Assembly: GCF_004010195.1 (NCBI RefSeq)
Contig: NC_057718.1
Coordinates: 36,341,188-36,384,745 of the forward strand
From: Chiloscyllium plagiosum
Lineage: Eukaryota
Length of the DNA: 43,558 bases
Reading direction: 5' to 3'
In this document: piece by piece, positions 21,561 to 33,095 of the stretch
Layout: every line of letters starts with the position of its first letter
Numbering within the stretch: position 1 is the first letter of the stretch
Made by a program: the position numbers and the translations under genes
Notes under the pieces: generated by a model
What the model saw: the letters and a program-made list of their open reading frames with translations, nothing else
What the model was told of the DNA's origin: nothing
Database searches by the model: none

Positions 21561-21902
21561 ACCAATAACATTGATTGTGATGATCCATTTAGACAGTGAA
21601 CCGATTCCTCACTTTGACCCATTCATCCACTGCTCAGAACAAAATTTTAATTTAAAAAGAGAAATTATATTTCTATTGGTGTAGAGTCAGGCTGTATGTA
21701 GCTCAGTACTAGAAATAGTGAGTCAAATTCCTTAAGTAACAAGTAAAGAATTAGTTTATTGTTAAAAAAAAGACTTACTCAGCCAAAGACAGAAAGAATA
21801 CATATATGTTTTAGAGTGTTTAAATATACATACAACTAACATTTTTGAAAAATAATACAACTAAAAAATATAAAACTCTACAAAGAATTATCTTAAATGT
21901 AT

Positions 21903-22080
21903 GAGAGCAAAATACTGTGGATGCTGGAATTCTAAAATTAAAACAGAAAATGTGGAGAAATTCACAAAGTCTGGTCAGCATCTGTGAAGAGAGAAGCAGC
22001 ATTAATGTTTCAAGTTCAGTATTGTCTTCTTGAGAAATCTCATTCTGGACTCAAAGCATTGACTTTGACTCACTTTCTAC
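21903..22080 (-). mobile_element. Decayed PLE terminal-repeat mini-element
   Basis: aaatactgtggatgctggaattc...aaacagaaaatgtggag...tctggtcagcatctgtg is the reverse complement of the 4522/19117 family. Confidence 0.65.
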
Positions 22081-22479
22081 CATTTTTATCTTGAAAGTAT
22101 TTTGACCAGGGGAAGTTAAATTTTGTTAAATTAAAAAAAAACAATTATTCATAGCTTGAGCCAAACATTGATCTGCATTCAAAATCTCACAAGCTGTTGG
22201 TACATGGGTGTCTTCCTGGATCATTTATGGCTAGTTGAAGTCATTTTTCTGCAGACAGTGGTGTAGAGTTTGAATTTTCTTTCAGGAACCCTCCTTTTGT
22301 AGTAATGGGCTGTATCAGTTAGTTTTCAATTCACAGTATCTGATGAGATAGGTTTCAGACATTAGATTCCAGGGACTGTGCCACAGTCAGTCAGTCAGCT
22401 GTTCAGGGCAGTCAGAGTAAGGATCACCTCCTCATAACAGGTGAGGAGCTGAAGGCAGCCATTGTTTTTTTTATCAGCC

Positions 22480-22840
22480 TATTGTAGCATCCCCTCGTAG
22501 AGTGAGCTGTTAAGGGAGATGAAAGAGAGATGAAAGTGGATGACACAGCTGTGCCAATGGGGAGACGTCCTGAGCAAATGAGAAGGCAGTGCAGAGGGCA
22601 TGCAAAGTTTGTGGTGTTGAGGGAGTGGGGTTGGAGTTGGTGAAAGCACTTGGGGATGATGTTGCAAGCAATGTTAAGAGTGATAGACCATGAACTTTGG
22701 AGGGTCAGGCATCAGAGCGGAGAAAGTCATTGGCATTCTTCCTACATTACTATGCATTCCTCCTGTCAGCTGCAACTAGATGGCAAACCTGGAGCAGGCT
22801 GACATGGGCTGGCCTCCTCTGCCAGTCCTGTGGGACGAGG
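22480..22840 (-). mobile_element. Probable Harbinger Myb/SANT-like remnant
   Basis: rc of about 22715-22840 reads LVPQDWQRRPAHV...RRNA**CRKNANDFLRS, similar to the 4137-4325 remnant. Confidence 0.45.
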
Positions 22841-22851
22841 GTGTAGTGCTT

Positions 22852-22940
22852 TGAATGTCGGTTTGCTTGCTGAACTGAAGGATTCATTTTCAGACGTTTC
22901 ATCATAATACTAGGTAACATCTTCAGTGAGCCTCCGAATG
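22852..22940 (-). mobile_element. Solo PLE terminal repeat (relative of the 6517-7629 family)
   Basis: cagacgtttcatcataatactaggtaacatcttcagtgagcctcc parallels 6590-6640. Confidence 0.75.
22890..22929 (-). ncRNA. Minimal hammerhead ribozyme, intact core, weakened stem II
   Basis: rc UCA-CUGAAGA-U-GUUAccuaguauuaUGAU-GAAA-CG-UC-UGA. Confidence 0.65.
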
Positions 22941-24564
22941 AAGGAACAGTAGGTCAGAGCTCAGAAGATGCTGAAAAAAATAAGTGCAAAATACCATTGT
23001 GTTATGGAGGGGGATACAGTTAATCTAAAATGGTAATTTAAATCTCTGACACAAGTCTTAGCAAGGCAAGGAAGTATTTTGGATTGCATACTGATGTGAA
23101 AAGGATACCAATCCAAAAGGGCTAAATTGAAGAAGCTCATTTCACTGTGGGAGGCAATGCAGAAGCAACTTCCAGTTCAGGAGAGAATAAAAGTTCAGAG
23201 AATAAAAGTCAACAGTAGACAATTCATTTGGTCCAGGATTTGCAATGGAATTTTGGCTTAGGAAGCAGAGAAAAACTGAAATTTCACTGTAAGATCTGTG
23301 AAATTGCAGAGTATAAACTAGGCAACTTGAAGGAGCTGCAACCGAACAGCAAAAGATACCTGTGATTCAACACCCATGGTTAGCAAAGCAATGATTAACC
23401 CAAAGAACAGTTTGGATTGTGTCCAGCAGCAAGATTACATATCCTGCAATTCTGAGTCTTAATGCCAGAAATACCATTCACTGCGGAGTGAGCAGTCAGT
23501 AACCGGGAACAGAGTCGGTCACTGATTGATATGCTGGCCACTGGTCATCCACATCACCAAATATGGGTTGATCCAGGAAAGGGGTTGTGGGACAGATTGT
23601 TGAATGAATCAGTAAAAGACAAAGACATGCGTGGAGACAAAATGGAGGTATAAAAGCTCCTGGAAAGTGAGAATGAGCGGAGTCAGTAGAGACCATTTCT
23701 GATTTTGAAATCCCATTAATTCCCATTTTAGAATCCCATTTATTGCAAGGTGTACTGGTAAGACCAGTGACCCCAGAATTTAATGCCCTCTTCATTAGCG
23801 GGTTGGGTGGTGGGGTATTTAATTGGGTTGCAGACTTTAATGTTCAATGTCTCTCTGCGCCTACCCTGCTTACATCAGTGGCTGGAAGGCCAATGGTCTA
23901 CCTCTCCAATTTTCTGTCAATTGCAGCCATTAAGTTGGCAATTAATGCCCATTTAAAGGCCTCAGTCCAGTGCTGGTGGTATTTGATGGGGAGGTGATAG
24001 GTAAGTGATTATGTTGTTGGACTAGTAATGTAGAACTCCAGTTAAATGTTTTGAGGGCCTGGGTTTGAACCCTGCCATGGAAGATGGGGACATTTGAATT
24101 CAACTTGAAAAACACTGAATAAAAAGCTAGTCTTACAACCACTATCATTTGTTGTAAAAACCCATTTGTTTTCCTGATGCCCTTCAGGAGGGGTGATCTG
24201 CCATCCTAACCTGGTCAGTCTCCATGTGGCTCCAGACCTACAGCAATGTGGTTAACAATACAACAGACCTCTTGGCAACTAGGGAAGGGCCATGAATGCT
24301 GGCCCAGCCAGCAGCACCCACATTCCATGAACGAATACAAAAGATATGTGCCACAACTGGACCACAGTTCAGAGCCTGTGATCTCAGGACTGAACTCAAC
24401 TGAATTCAGAGAGATCTGCAACTCCTTTTGTTAATAGGCCATAGTGGATTGTGGCTAAGGCTCTGGCAAAGGTCCCTGTGATAATTATAGAAAAAATCAT
24501 ATCTGAAAATTGTCCTCTGTCACCCTTGAAGCCTACTATTTGTGCTGGAGCAAGCACAGCTAAG
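22940..24564 (+). pseudogene. Second fossil coding-like block, interrupted by repeats at about 23760-24342
   Basis: The frame from 22940 has 4 internal stops in about 140 codons (EGTVGQSSEDAEKNKCKIP...EKLKFHCKICEIAEYKLGNLKELQPN). It continues after a shift (AKDTCDSTPMVSKAMINPKNSLDCVQQQDY) and after the SINE (YVPQLDHSSEPVISGLNSTEFREICNSF). Confidence 0.4.
23989..24342 (+). mobile_element. tRNA-derived SINE with LINE-derived 3' tail
   Basis: B-box-like gggtttgaaccc, central aaaaacccatttg...atctgccatcctaacctgg...ctccagacctacagcaatgtggtt, and tail ggcaactaggg...atgctggcccagccagc shared with the LINE at 42660-42722. Confidence 0.75.
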
Positions 24565-24855
24565 GTGAATTAAAAGAATATGTCACACATCAAAACAAAA
24601 TGTCCTCATAAAATTACTCGTATAATTGGCACGGCTGTTACTGGGGCTACATTGGATTAATTTGAAAAAATTCTTTGAAATTGGATTTTCATGTTGTGAT
24701 AAAAATATCATGCATAACAAAAATTAGGATTTACATTTTGTAATGTAATAGCTTCCTCTGTTGGAGGCTATAGGGATAACAGTTATAAAATATAAATGGT
24801 TTGTATATATTATGCAAAGTGAAGGGAGGTAAGTTCTTAATAAGACTCTTGGGAA

Positions 24856-24933
24856 GGAGAGGTTGTGTCGAGTCAGGACTGGGGAAGGGTTGTGTCGGGT
24901 CAGGACTAGGGGAGAGGTTGTGTCGGGTCAGGA
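24856..24933 (+). repeat. Minisatellite, 3 x 27-28 bp
   Basis: ggttgtgtcg(a/g)gtcagga starts at 24861, 24888 and 24916. Confidence 0.9.
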
Positions 24934-25319
24934 GAGGAGAGGGGTTGAGTGTTCTTAAGACTGGGTCAAGCTGGCAGTGTGGTCCCAAGATTCCTGGTTC
25001 TGGGAAAGTGGGTCAGGCACATAGACCCATATCTCTATATTTCAGGCAGGCTTGAAGGGGTTAGCTGGCAACTAAATGCATCTGAACACAGTTTGCCTCT
25101 GAGTTTCTGCCTCTCTCCACTGGACTCATGATTAGTGCCCTTTCGGTTGCCAGAAATTCTAAGTTGTAACTCTGGCCTCCCCCTAAAAAGATGTAATTTT
25201 CTCCCATTTTAGTGTGTAGGTCTTTTGACATTAAAAGAGAGTTTTGTAGTTACTTTGAAGATGAGTTTAAAATTAATTTAGGGGATGTATGCATTACTGC
25301 TGGAGTTAGCGTCTATGGT

Positions 25320-25560
25320 CCTTGAGAAGGTGGTGGTGATCTGCTTCTGGAACTATTATTGTCTGTTTGGTCTAGACAGACTGATGTTGTGGTGAGGGAG
25401 GGAGTTTCAGGATTTTGACCTAACGACAATGGAGGAAAAATGAAATATTGAGAAGTGGTTTGCCCATGTGTCTCCCGCTATTGCCCTTCCAGCTGGTAAT
25501 GTTTGTGGGTCTGGAAAGTGTTGTCTAAGGGATCTTTGGGAAAGTTGGTGAGATGTAGGT
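25320..25560 (-). mobile_element. Decayed fragment of the second LINE family
   Basis: cttgagaaggtggtggtg...gggagtttcaggattttgac parallels 18378-18620. Confidence 0.65.
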
Positions 25561-26430
25561 CCGTATCAATTCCCCCCAGACTCCTCCCCACTGCCTCTTG
25601 CCCTGTGTTCAGTTCTTACAATCCCTGCTACTCCTGTAACTTTCCATCCTCCGCCCATTTATGCAGACAGCAGACCCCCAAACTCTGACAAATTCTGTGT
25701 ATATTTGTCCCCGCAAGAACCCATCAGCCCTTCGCTGATCCAGGCCATTTCCACCCTGGCCTTTCTTGAATACCCTTGCCCAACTTACCTTTCCTCCTTT
25801 TACCAGTTTCCCTTCCATACCTTTTAGACACCAGCACCCCTTTGTCATGTGTTCAGAAGCTTGCCCTTCAGCGTAAGCTGCCTTCTATTTGCCACTAGTC
25901 TGTTAGACTTTAAGATGGCCAACAGAGGCAGCCTGACTTCCTCCTGTTGGATATCTCAGTCATACCTGGGGAAGTACAGTGCAGTAAATGGAAGCATCAC
26001 ACAAAAAGCCACATAACTATAAAGACAAAGGAGCAAGTACCTGCCCCAAAGTCAAGAAGGAGTGCCCATCATAAAATACATAAAGCTATTTGTAATGACA
26101 AATCTAAAATGTCAAGTTTCTCGATTAGCTGGGAAGATGAATGTAATTCCAGCGAGTTATACTTTGAATGAGATGTTGTTGTTTACTGATGATAAGCTTG
26201 TCATAATCTGCTGCTGAACATGTTGACCACTACCAGCTGATTGAGAGATCTTAACTGCAGATGTTTACTTCGAGGGTGGGAATCTGAAATTTGGTGTCAC
26301 TCTTGCCAATCTTCTCACCACCTCCAGGAAAATCCCAGCAAATTACAGATATTCTCATTGGCATGATTCATAGGATGTGAGCATTTACTGATTTAATTCT
26401 TATTAATAAGTTTAAAAAATAATAGCTTAA

Positions 26431-26950
26431 CCATCCAAGAAAAGCATTGATGCATCATGATTCTCTAATTCCTTGGATTTAGAGAAGTCATAATCGGACC
26501 CCTGGGCTGAATTGTCCAAACCCTTAGGTTTTTGTTTGCAGGACCCTTTTTCAGGTCTTGAACTCTTTTCTTTACAGCAGAAGGTACATTGTGTTCAGAA
26601 GGTGGGAGGTAGACAGCTTTGTCTGTTGCTAAGAAAGCCATCTGCCATCATGCCGTCAACAGTAAGAGGCAATAGCCGGAACAATGATTCATGGGAAATG
26701 CCCTCCTTTGGGCAGAGGCTGGTATTGCATCAGTCCCAGCCCTATCAACCTTTGGGAAATCCTCAGACTGCTGTGGGAATGCATCAGTCTCATCGTTTCC
26801 AGCTAGTAAACACTTCAGAACTTTGAAATCTTACACAGACCTAGTCTCTTGCTGTGTCACCTCCTCTGTAATGGTAGGTTTTAAAATACCATGGGACCCA
26901 TATGTCACTGGAAAACCTGCCTTCTGTTGCAAATATTTAATACTGACAAC
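26431..26950 (-). pseudogene. Fossil exon-like segment on the minus strand
   Basis: About 170 codons with 2 stops and 1 frameshift (VVSIKYLQQKAGFPVTYGSHGILKP...KEKSSRPEKGSCKQKPKGLDNSAQGSDYDFSKSKELENHDASMLFLD), ending at donor-like G/gttaag. Confidence 0.35.
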
Positions 26951-27282
26951 TGAGAGGCATAGATAGAGTCGATAGCCAGAGACTATTTCCCAGGGCAGAT
27001 ATGGCTAACACGAGGGGTCATAGTTTTAAGCTGGTTGGAGGAAAGTATAGAAGGGATATCAGAGGCGGGTTCTTTACACAGAGAGTTGTGAGAGCATGGA
27101 ATGTGTTGCCAGCAGCAGTTGTGGAAGCAAGGTCATTGGGGACATTTAAGAGACTACTGGACATGCATATGGTCACAGAAATTTGAGGGTGCATACATGA
27201 GGATCAGTGGTCGGCACAACATCATGGGCTGAAGGGCCTGTTCTGTGCTGTACTGTTCTATGTTTTATGTTCTATGTTCTAT
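26950..27282 (+). mobile_element. CR1 3' end
   Basis: NTRGHSFKLVGGKYRRDIRGGFFTQRVVRAWNVLP, followed by gggctgaagggcctgttct and a (tgttcta)n tail. Confidence 0.92.
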
Positions 27283-27453
27283 CTAACTAAATACTCTTCA
27301 TTGCTTTACATTCGTGGACACTTGGGTTGCTGCAATTTGTCATGCAAGAAGATACCAAGTAGGCCATTTAGGACCACAATGAGGAAATAGTCTTTCTCTC
27401 ATAAGGTGGTTACCTGTGGAACTCGTTACTATAGAAAACTGGGTCGTAATATC

Positions 27454-28036
27454 GTAGAGTCATAGAGATGTATAGCACAGGAACAAACCCTTTGACCCAA
27501 CTCATCCATACCAATCAGATATGCTAAATTAATCCAGTCCCATTTGCCTGGATTTGGCCAATATCCCTCTAAACCATTTCTATTCAGGTACCCAAAAGAT
27601 GCCTTTTAAATGTTGTAATTCTATCAGACTCCACCACTTCCTCTGGCAGTTCAGTCCATACATGCACCACCCTCTGTGTGAAAAAGTTGCCCATTAGGTC
27701 CCTTTTAAATCTTTCCCCTCTCACCTTAAACCTATGCCCTCTAGTTTTGGACTCCCCTACCCTGGGGAAAAGACCTTGACTATTCAACCTATCCATACCC
27801 CTCATGATTATAAACCTCTATAAGTTCACCCTTAAAACTCCAACACTCCAGGGAAAATAGCTCCAGCCTATTGAGCTTCTCCCTATAGCTCAAACCCTCC
27901 ACCCTGGCAATGTGCTTTTAAATCTTTTCTGAACCCTTTCAAGATTAACAACATCGGATCTCCTGTTCCCTGGATGCTGCCTGACCTGCTGTGCTGTTCC
28001 AGCAATAAAGTTTCAACATCTGTCCTATAGCAAGGA
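27454..28036 (-). mobile_element. HER1-like CR1 3' end
   Basis: ORF 27584..27805 MRGMDRLNSQGLFPRVGESKTRGHRFKVRGERFKRDLMGNFFTQRVVHVWTELP, with tail rc ctctatgactcta. Confidence 0.92.
27956..28017 (+). mobile_element. About 60-bp PLE terminal-repeat fragment inserted in the CR1
   Basis: tctcctgttccctggatgctgcctgacctgctgtgc is flanked by caacatc at 27949-27955 and 28014-28020. Confidence 0.8.
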
Positions 28037-29783
28037 GTATATTTAAGAAAAGGACCGCTAACTGTTTCGATATGAAGGTATCAAGGGATATGGAGAGAAA
28101 GCAGAAGTATGGCATTGGGATAATGGATCAGCCATGATCATAATGACTGGCGGAGCAGTCTCAAAGGCTGAATGGCCTATTCCTGCTCCTACTTTCTATG
28201 TACATGGCCTGAAGCTGGATCTTGTTGGCAAGCTTGTCGGACCCACATTCTTCCTTACATTTACTTATCCACCAACTCCCTCCACCCTCTCCACTTCCTA
28301 CCTCCAAAGGCGTCTTCAGGGGTTTGGAAATTTCATCCACTGACTGCAGAATGCTGTGACATTGAATACCAATGCAGTTTAATTAAGTCATCGCAACTTT
28401 GACATTTATCTTCAAGAAATTAAAGAAAGGGCAGGGAAAGAACAACATGTGAACGTAATTAAAATTAAAACCTATTTAACAGGTACTGAAAGCTGAAAGC
28501 TGTTGAAATCAGAGACACAATTTTTGAACAATCCTTGCTCTGATAATGTCAGGCATCAAAGGTTTTTCACTACCATTAGGCACGTCTGGTTTAGGTAATT
28601 TTATGAAATCACAGTACCAGGGTGAGAGAAGGGAGCCGGGGAGGGGGAGGTTTGTAATATAACAATGCATCTCTGCAAATTATGCTGCCAATAATTTTAG
28701 ACCATTAATTCAACATCTAAATTGTGGACTTGTCTGTCTCCTCATCAGCAGTACAGCTTCATAAAATGACCTAATTCTCTGCTGCCTTTATAATCTTGAT
28801 TACATTCATTCCTTGTGAAATGAGTTTGCTTAATCTGCAGTTAAATTTGTTCATCTCTAAATAATGTTCTAAACTCCCTCAAGGTTCAGTGGTTAAACGT
28901 GCCTAACATCCACATAGAATGCCATAGTGTCACTTTAACAAGTGCTGTTTAAATGGAAAATACAATTAAAAACCTTTCCAAACTCCAAAACATCAAAGTC
29001 TAGAACTTTTATTGTGCCCAGCATGTGCTGCCCTGAAGGCATGGCAAATCCCTTCACAATTGGTGTACCAGGTTACTTTTGTTCTGCTACACCAGAGATG
29101 ATTAAACCTCTCGCCTAACAACACTCTTTCCTGGTGATCTCTTTCATTCTGTCTTTCATTGGGATGGTCAGGAGCTCCACCCATAACAATCACCACAAAC
29201 AAGGCCCTGTGGAACTGATGGGGAAGACTAGGATATGTTCTATTTTGTTTGGAATTTAAATTTCCAGTTCTTCTGCTGTTTATCATTAACATATTCAATC
29301 CCTTCATCCTGCTCTGCCATTGAATAAACATTGTCGTTCATCTGATTACTCCACTTTCCTGCCTGACCTGGCTAACCTTTGACCCCATTGCTTGACCAGA
29401 ATCTGGATATACTTTAGCATAGAATCAGGAGAGCCATAGATTTTTAAAATCCAATTCCAATGCATCTATTTCATACATTAGGAATCCTCCTAATTATTGC
29501 TCAAAGTGAGACAACCACTTTAACGCCAGATAGAATTGTACTATTTGCAATGTCATGCTGGAGTCTCCTGTCCACTGTTGATTTGGTTGCACTTCCTTTA
29601 CCTTATTTCACACAAGGCCCTATAAATTTAAATTTATTTGGCATGATTTTTAATATTGGCAGCAACAATCATGGGCGTTAAATATTGCAAATAGTAAATA
29701 CTCATGATGTTTTCAATAAGCAGAACCTTTCATCTAATTGACAAGGATTGCATTTGATCTCAGAACCTAGAGGTATGTTGGTA

Positions 29784-29985
29784 TTTAAATCCACTCATCA
29801 TGCAGTTCCATTAACAAAACAACCAGAGAATGATTGCACTTTAAGAATTCTGAGCATTAATCCTAACCACTGTGGTAGTTCTTTTCTTTATGATCTCATC
29901 TGTCAATATATTAATATTAAATGATACCTCAGATTTAAAAATATTTCACTCATGATCATGCATTATGTAAAAAGAATCAGAGACT
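29784..29985 (+). repeat. Local duplication, probable donor copy
   Basis: tttaaatccactcatcatgcagttccattaacaaaacaacc...gaatcagagact recurs at 33170-33350. Confidence 0.92.
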
Positions 29986-30398
29986 GTGTTTCAATTATTC
30001 ATGAAACATGAAATTCAGTTTTCCAGAAGCAAGAGGAAAGATAGGCACGTATTAAGTGCTAGATACACATCATATGGCTTTTGATATTATTATCAAAGAT
30101 TACAAAATAGCATGCTCTGTATATTTTATCCTATAATATAAAGTATCATATTCCAGAATATTTACAAAAGAGTGCTTTCAAATCAAATTGTACTCCTGTG
30201 GAAAGATATCAATTCTCTCTGAGGTGGCATGGATTAATACTTTAATCAAAATACAAGACCATCTGCCAAGTGTTCTGAATGTTACAACACTGTGTAGTTG
30301 GGAAAGCTACTTTGAAACATTGTGTTTACTTCAGATGCAATCATTACATCGTCAAGACATTGTAAAGGACTTCACAGCGAATGAATTAGTCCTGAAGT

Positions 30399-32643
30399 TG
30401 GGGATTTCTACTGCCTTCCAAAAATACACAAAGCCAACACACCTGATCATCTCATTGTGTCAGGCAACAGAACCCTGTGTGAGAACCTCTCTGGCTATGT
30501 CAAGGGCATCTTGAAACCCATTGTATAGGGCTCCCCAGCTTCTCTCGCGACACTACAGATTTCTTACAGAAACTCAGCACCCATGGACAAGTTGAAATGG
30601 GAACATTCCTCGTCACAATGGACATTTTGGCACTCTTTACCAGTGCTCCCACAATGAAGGCATGACTGTGACAGCTTCAGTACTCAATACCAGGCACCAT
30701 CCTGCAATTCATCTGCTTCATCCTCGACCACAACGTTTTCACCTTTGACAACCAGTTCTTCATCCAGATGCACAGAACAGCCATGGGGACCAAATATGCA
30801 CCACAATATGCCAACGTGTTCAAGCACAAGTTTGAACAAGACTTCTTTGCTACACGAGACCTCCAACAAGTACTATACACTAAATATATTGACAGCATTT
30901 TGTTCCTCTGGACCATGGCAAGGAATCACTAAAACAACTGCACAGTGATAACAACGGGTTTCATCCCAACATCAGACTTACCATGGACTACTCTTTAGTG
31001 TCTGTCTCATCCTTGGACACACATCTCAGTCAAGGATGGGCAACTCAGTACCTCACTCTACCGCAAACCCAAGGATAACCTCACGATGCTGCAATTTTCT
31101 AGCTTCCACCCTAAACCTGTTAAAACAGCCATCCCCTATGGACAAGCCCTACACAGGATCTGTTCAGATGAGGAGGAAAGTGATGGACACCAGAAGGTGC
31201 TGAAGGATGCCCTCATAAGAACAGGACATGATGTTCAACTCATCGATCACCAGTTCTGACGTGCCACAGTGAGAAACCAGAATGACCTCCTCAGGAGACA
31301 GACACAGAATGCAATCAATAGGGTACCCTTCGTTGTCCATTATTTCCCAGAGTGGAGAAACTACGCCATGTTCTTCGCATTGTTGATGAGGATTAGCACC
31401 TCACCAAGACCTTCCCTGCGTCTCCACTTCTCGACTTTAAGCAATTGCCAAATCTTAAACAGACCATTGTTCGCAGCAAACTACCCAGCCTTCAGGACAA
31501 CATTAACCACAACACCATACAACACTGTCATGACAACCACTGCAAGACGTGTCAGTGTGTCGACATGGATACCACCATTACACATGAGGACACCACCCCC
31601 TGTGTATGCGGCAGGTATTCATGTGACTTGGCCAATGTTGTTTATCTCATATGTTGCAGGCAAGGATACCCCGAGGCATAGTACATTGGTGAGATGATGC
31701 AGACTCTGTGACAAAAGATGAATAGACACCATGCACAATCACCAGACAAGATGTTCCTCCCAGTGGGGGTACACTTCAGTGGTCAGGGACATTTGGCCTC
31801 AGATCTTCAGGTGACCATCTCCTAACCGGACTTCAGGATATGAAACAATGCAGAGTTGTCGAGCGGAGGCTAATAGCCAAGTTTGATACCCATGAAGATG
31901 GCCTCAACTGGGACCTTGGGTTCATGTCACACTACACGTGACCCCACTACACTATACACTCTCTCACACACACACTCACAAGTACAGATACACTCACACA
32001 GCCCTCTCTCATACACAGGCTGTCTCTTAGACACATACATATATACATCCCTCACACTCACACCCATACACATACCCTCTCACAGGCCTAAACCCCATCA
32101 TACTGATGCACACACTCTACCAAACACATACACACACATGCACACAGGTAAGTCTATGGGGTGAATTTGCATCTGCAGAATTGTATTTGCAGATACATTC
32201 TATTTTTGCTCAAAAACACAACCTGCAGGCAGTCAGTGCAGGCAGTCAATCCAAATAATATTTTATAAATTCCTACTTTGGAAATAGAGCCGGCCTGACT
32301 CAAGATTGGAATACAGACAGACTCTAACCTCACACATTTAATGCATTGTCTGAGTTGAGATGTCACCTTTTTTTATAAAACCTTATGTTATCTTGAGAAT
32401 GTTAAAAGAAGTTCTGGGATTTACATATTAATGAACCGAAACATGCAAACCATCCAATAGATGATAGACTTAACAGCAATTTGGGTTTGTTCAATATATC
32501 ATTTGAGTTGCATGATGCTGTGATCTTTTGTTTTAAATTCTGTGTCTTATGATCCTGCCCCACTAGTTACATGATGAAGAGCAGCACCTTTCCAAATAAA
32601 CCTGTTGGACCATAACCTGGTGTTGTATGATTTTTAACTTCAC
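30399..32643 (+). mobile_element. Decayed Penelope-like element (RT, GIY-YIG, CA-rich UTR, terminal repeat)
   Basis: FYCLPKIHKANTP, RDTTDFLQKL, LVTMDILALFTS, TAMGTKYAPQYAN, YID and CGRYSCDLANVVYLICCRQG..YIGE. Ends aaataaacctgttggaccataacctggtgttg. 8-bp flanking repeat cctgaagt (30391-30398, 32644-32651). Confidence 0.92.
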
Positions 32644-33095
32644 CCTGAAGTACTGTATGGTCATTGCAAAGAAAAAAGATTTAGTGCAATTAATGTTCAG
32701 CTCACCTCTAAACGTAGGTTCTCAACCTCTTGCAATGCATGATCTTTTCCTCAACAAGGAGAGAGGAGAATCTGAAATTGCCAAAGCATAAACAGTGATA
32801 CTTAATTCTGTGTGGGACATACTGTGGGTGTTAGCATAGGAAAATAATTCACACAGAGATCACAGCAGAAATGATATGGCCAGGGAACAGCATTCAATTA
32901 TGTGTAAGTACCACGAATAACACAGGCTTCATAATCAGCAGTTATGGGAAGCAATAGAACAAGGCTAAACAAAGGTCAAGTAAATGTACATGCCATGCAT
33001 ACTCAAGACTAAAATTACAAAATAATGTTGGGATCTTCTACATAAGCAGAGAGGGAGTCATTAAAAGTATTGTAGGACTGCAGTGGTGCCATTAG

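Larger units (their letters stand above)
27379..28201 (+). mobile_element. Old CR1 3' end split by a younger antisense CR1
   Basis: The left part atgagg...gtggaactcgttactatagaaa and the right part gtatatttaag...atcagccatgatc...ggctgaatggcctattcctgctcct join into one CR1 3' end. Confidence 0.7.

Noticed and set aside
25783..25845. Minus-strand 51-bp collagen-like exon (LK-GME-GKL-VK-GGK followed by gtaagt)
   Set aside because: There is no polypyrimidine acceptor, the Gly register is broken, and it lies in G/A-rich low-complexity sequence where such codons arise by chance.
28993..29331. 112-aa minus ORF with an acceptor-like tcttccccatcag
   Set aside because: There is no recognisable domain or convincing donor, and the 5' part overlaps a small CR1 remnant.
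31945..32146. CA-rich tract as an independent satellite or His/Thr-rich CDS
   Set aside because: It is a degenerate (CA)n region inside the Penelope 3' UTR.
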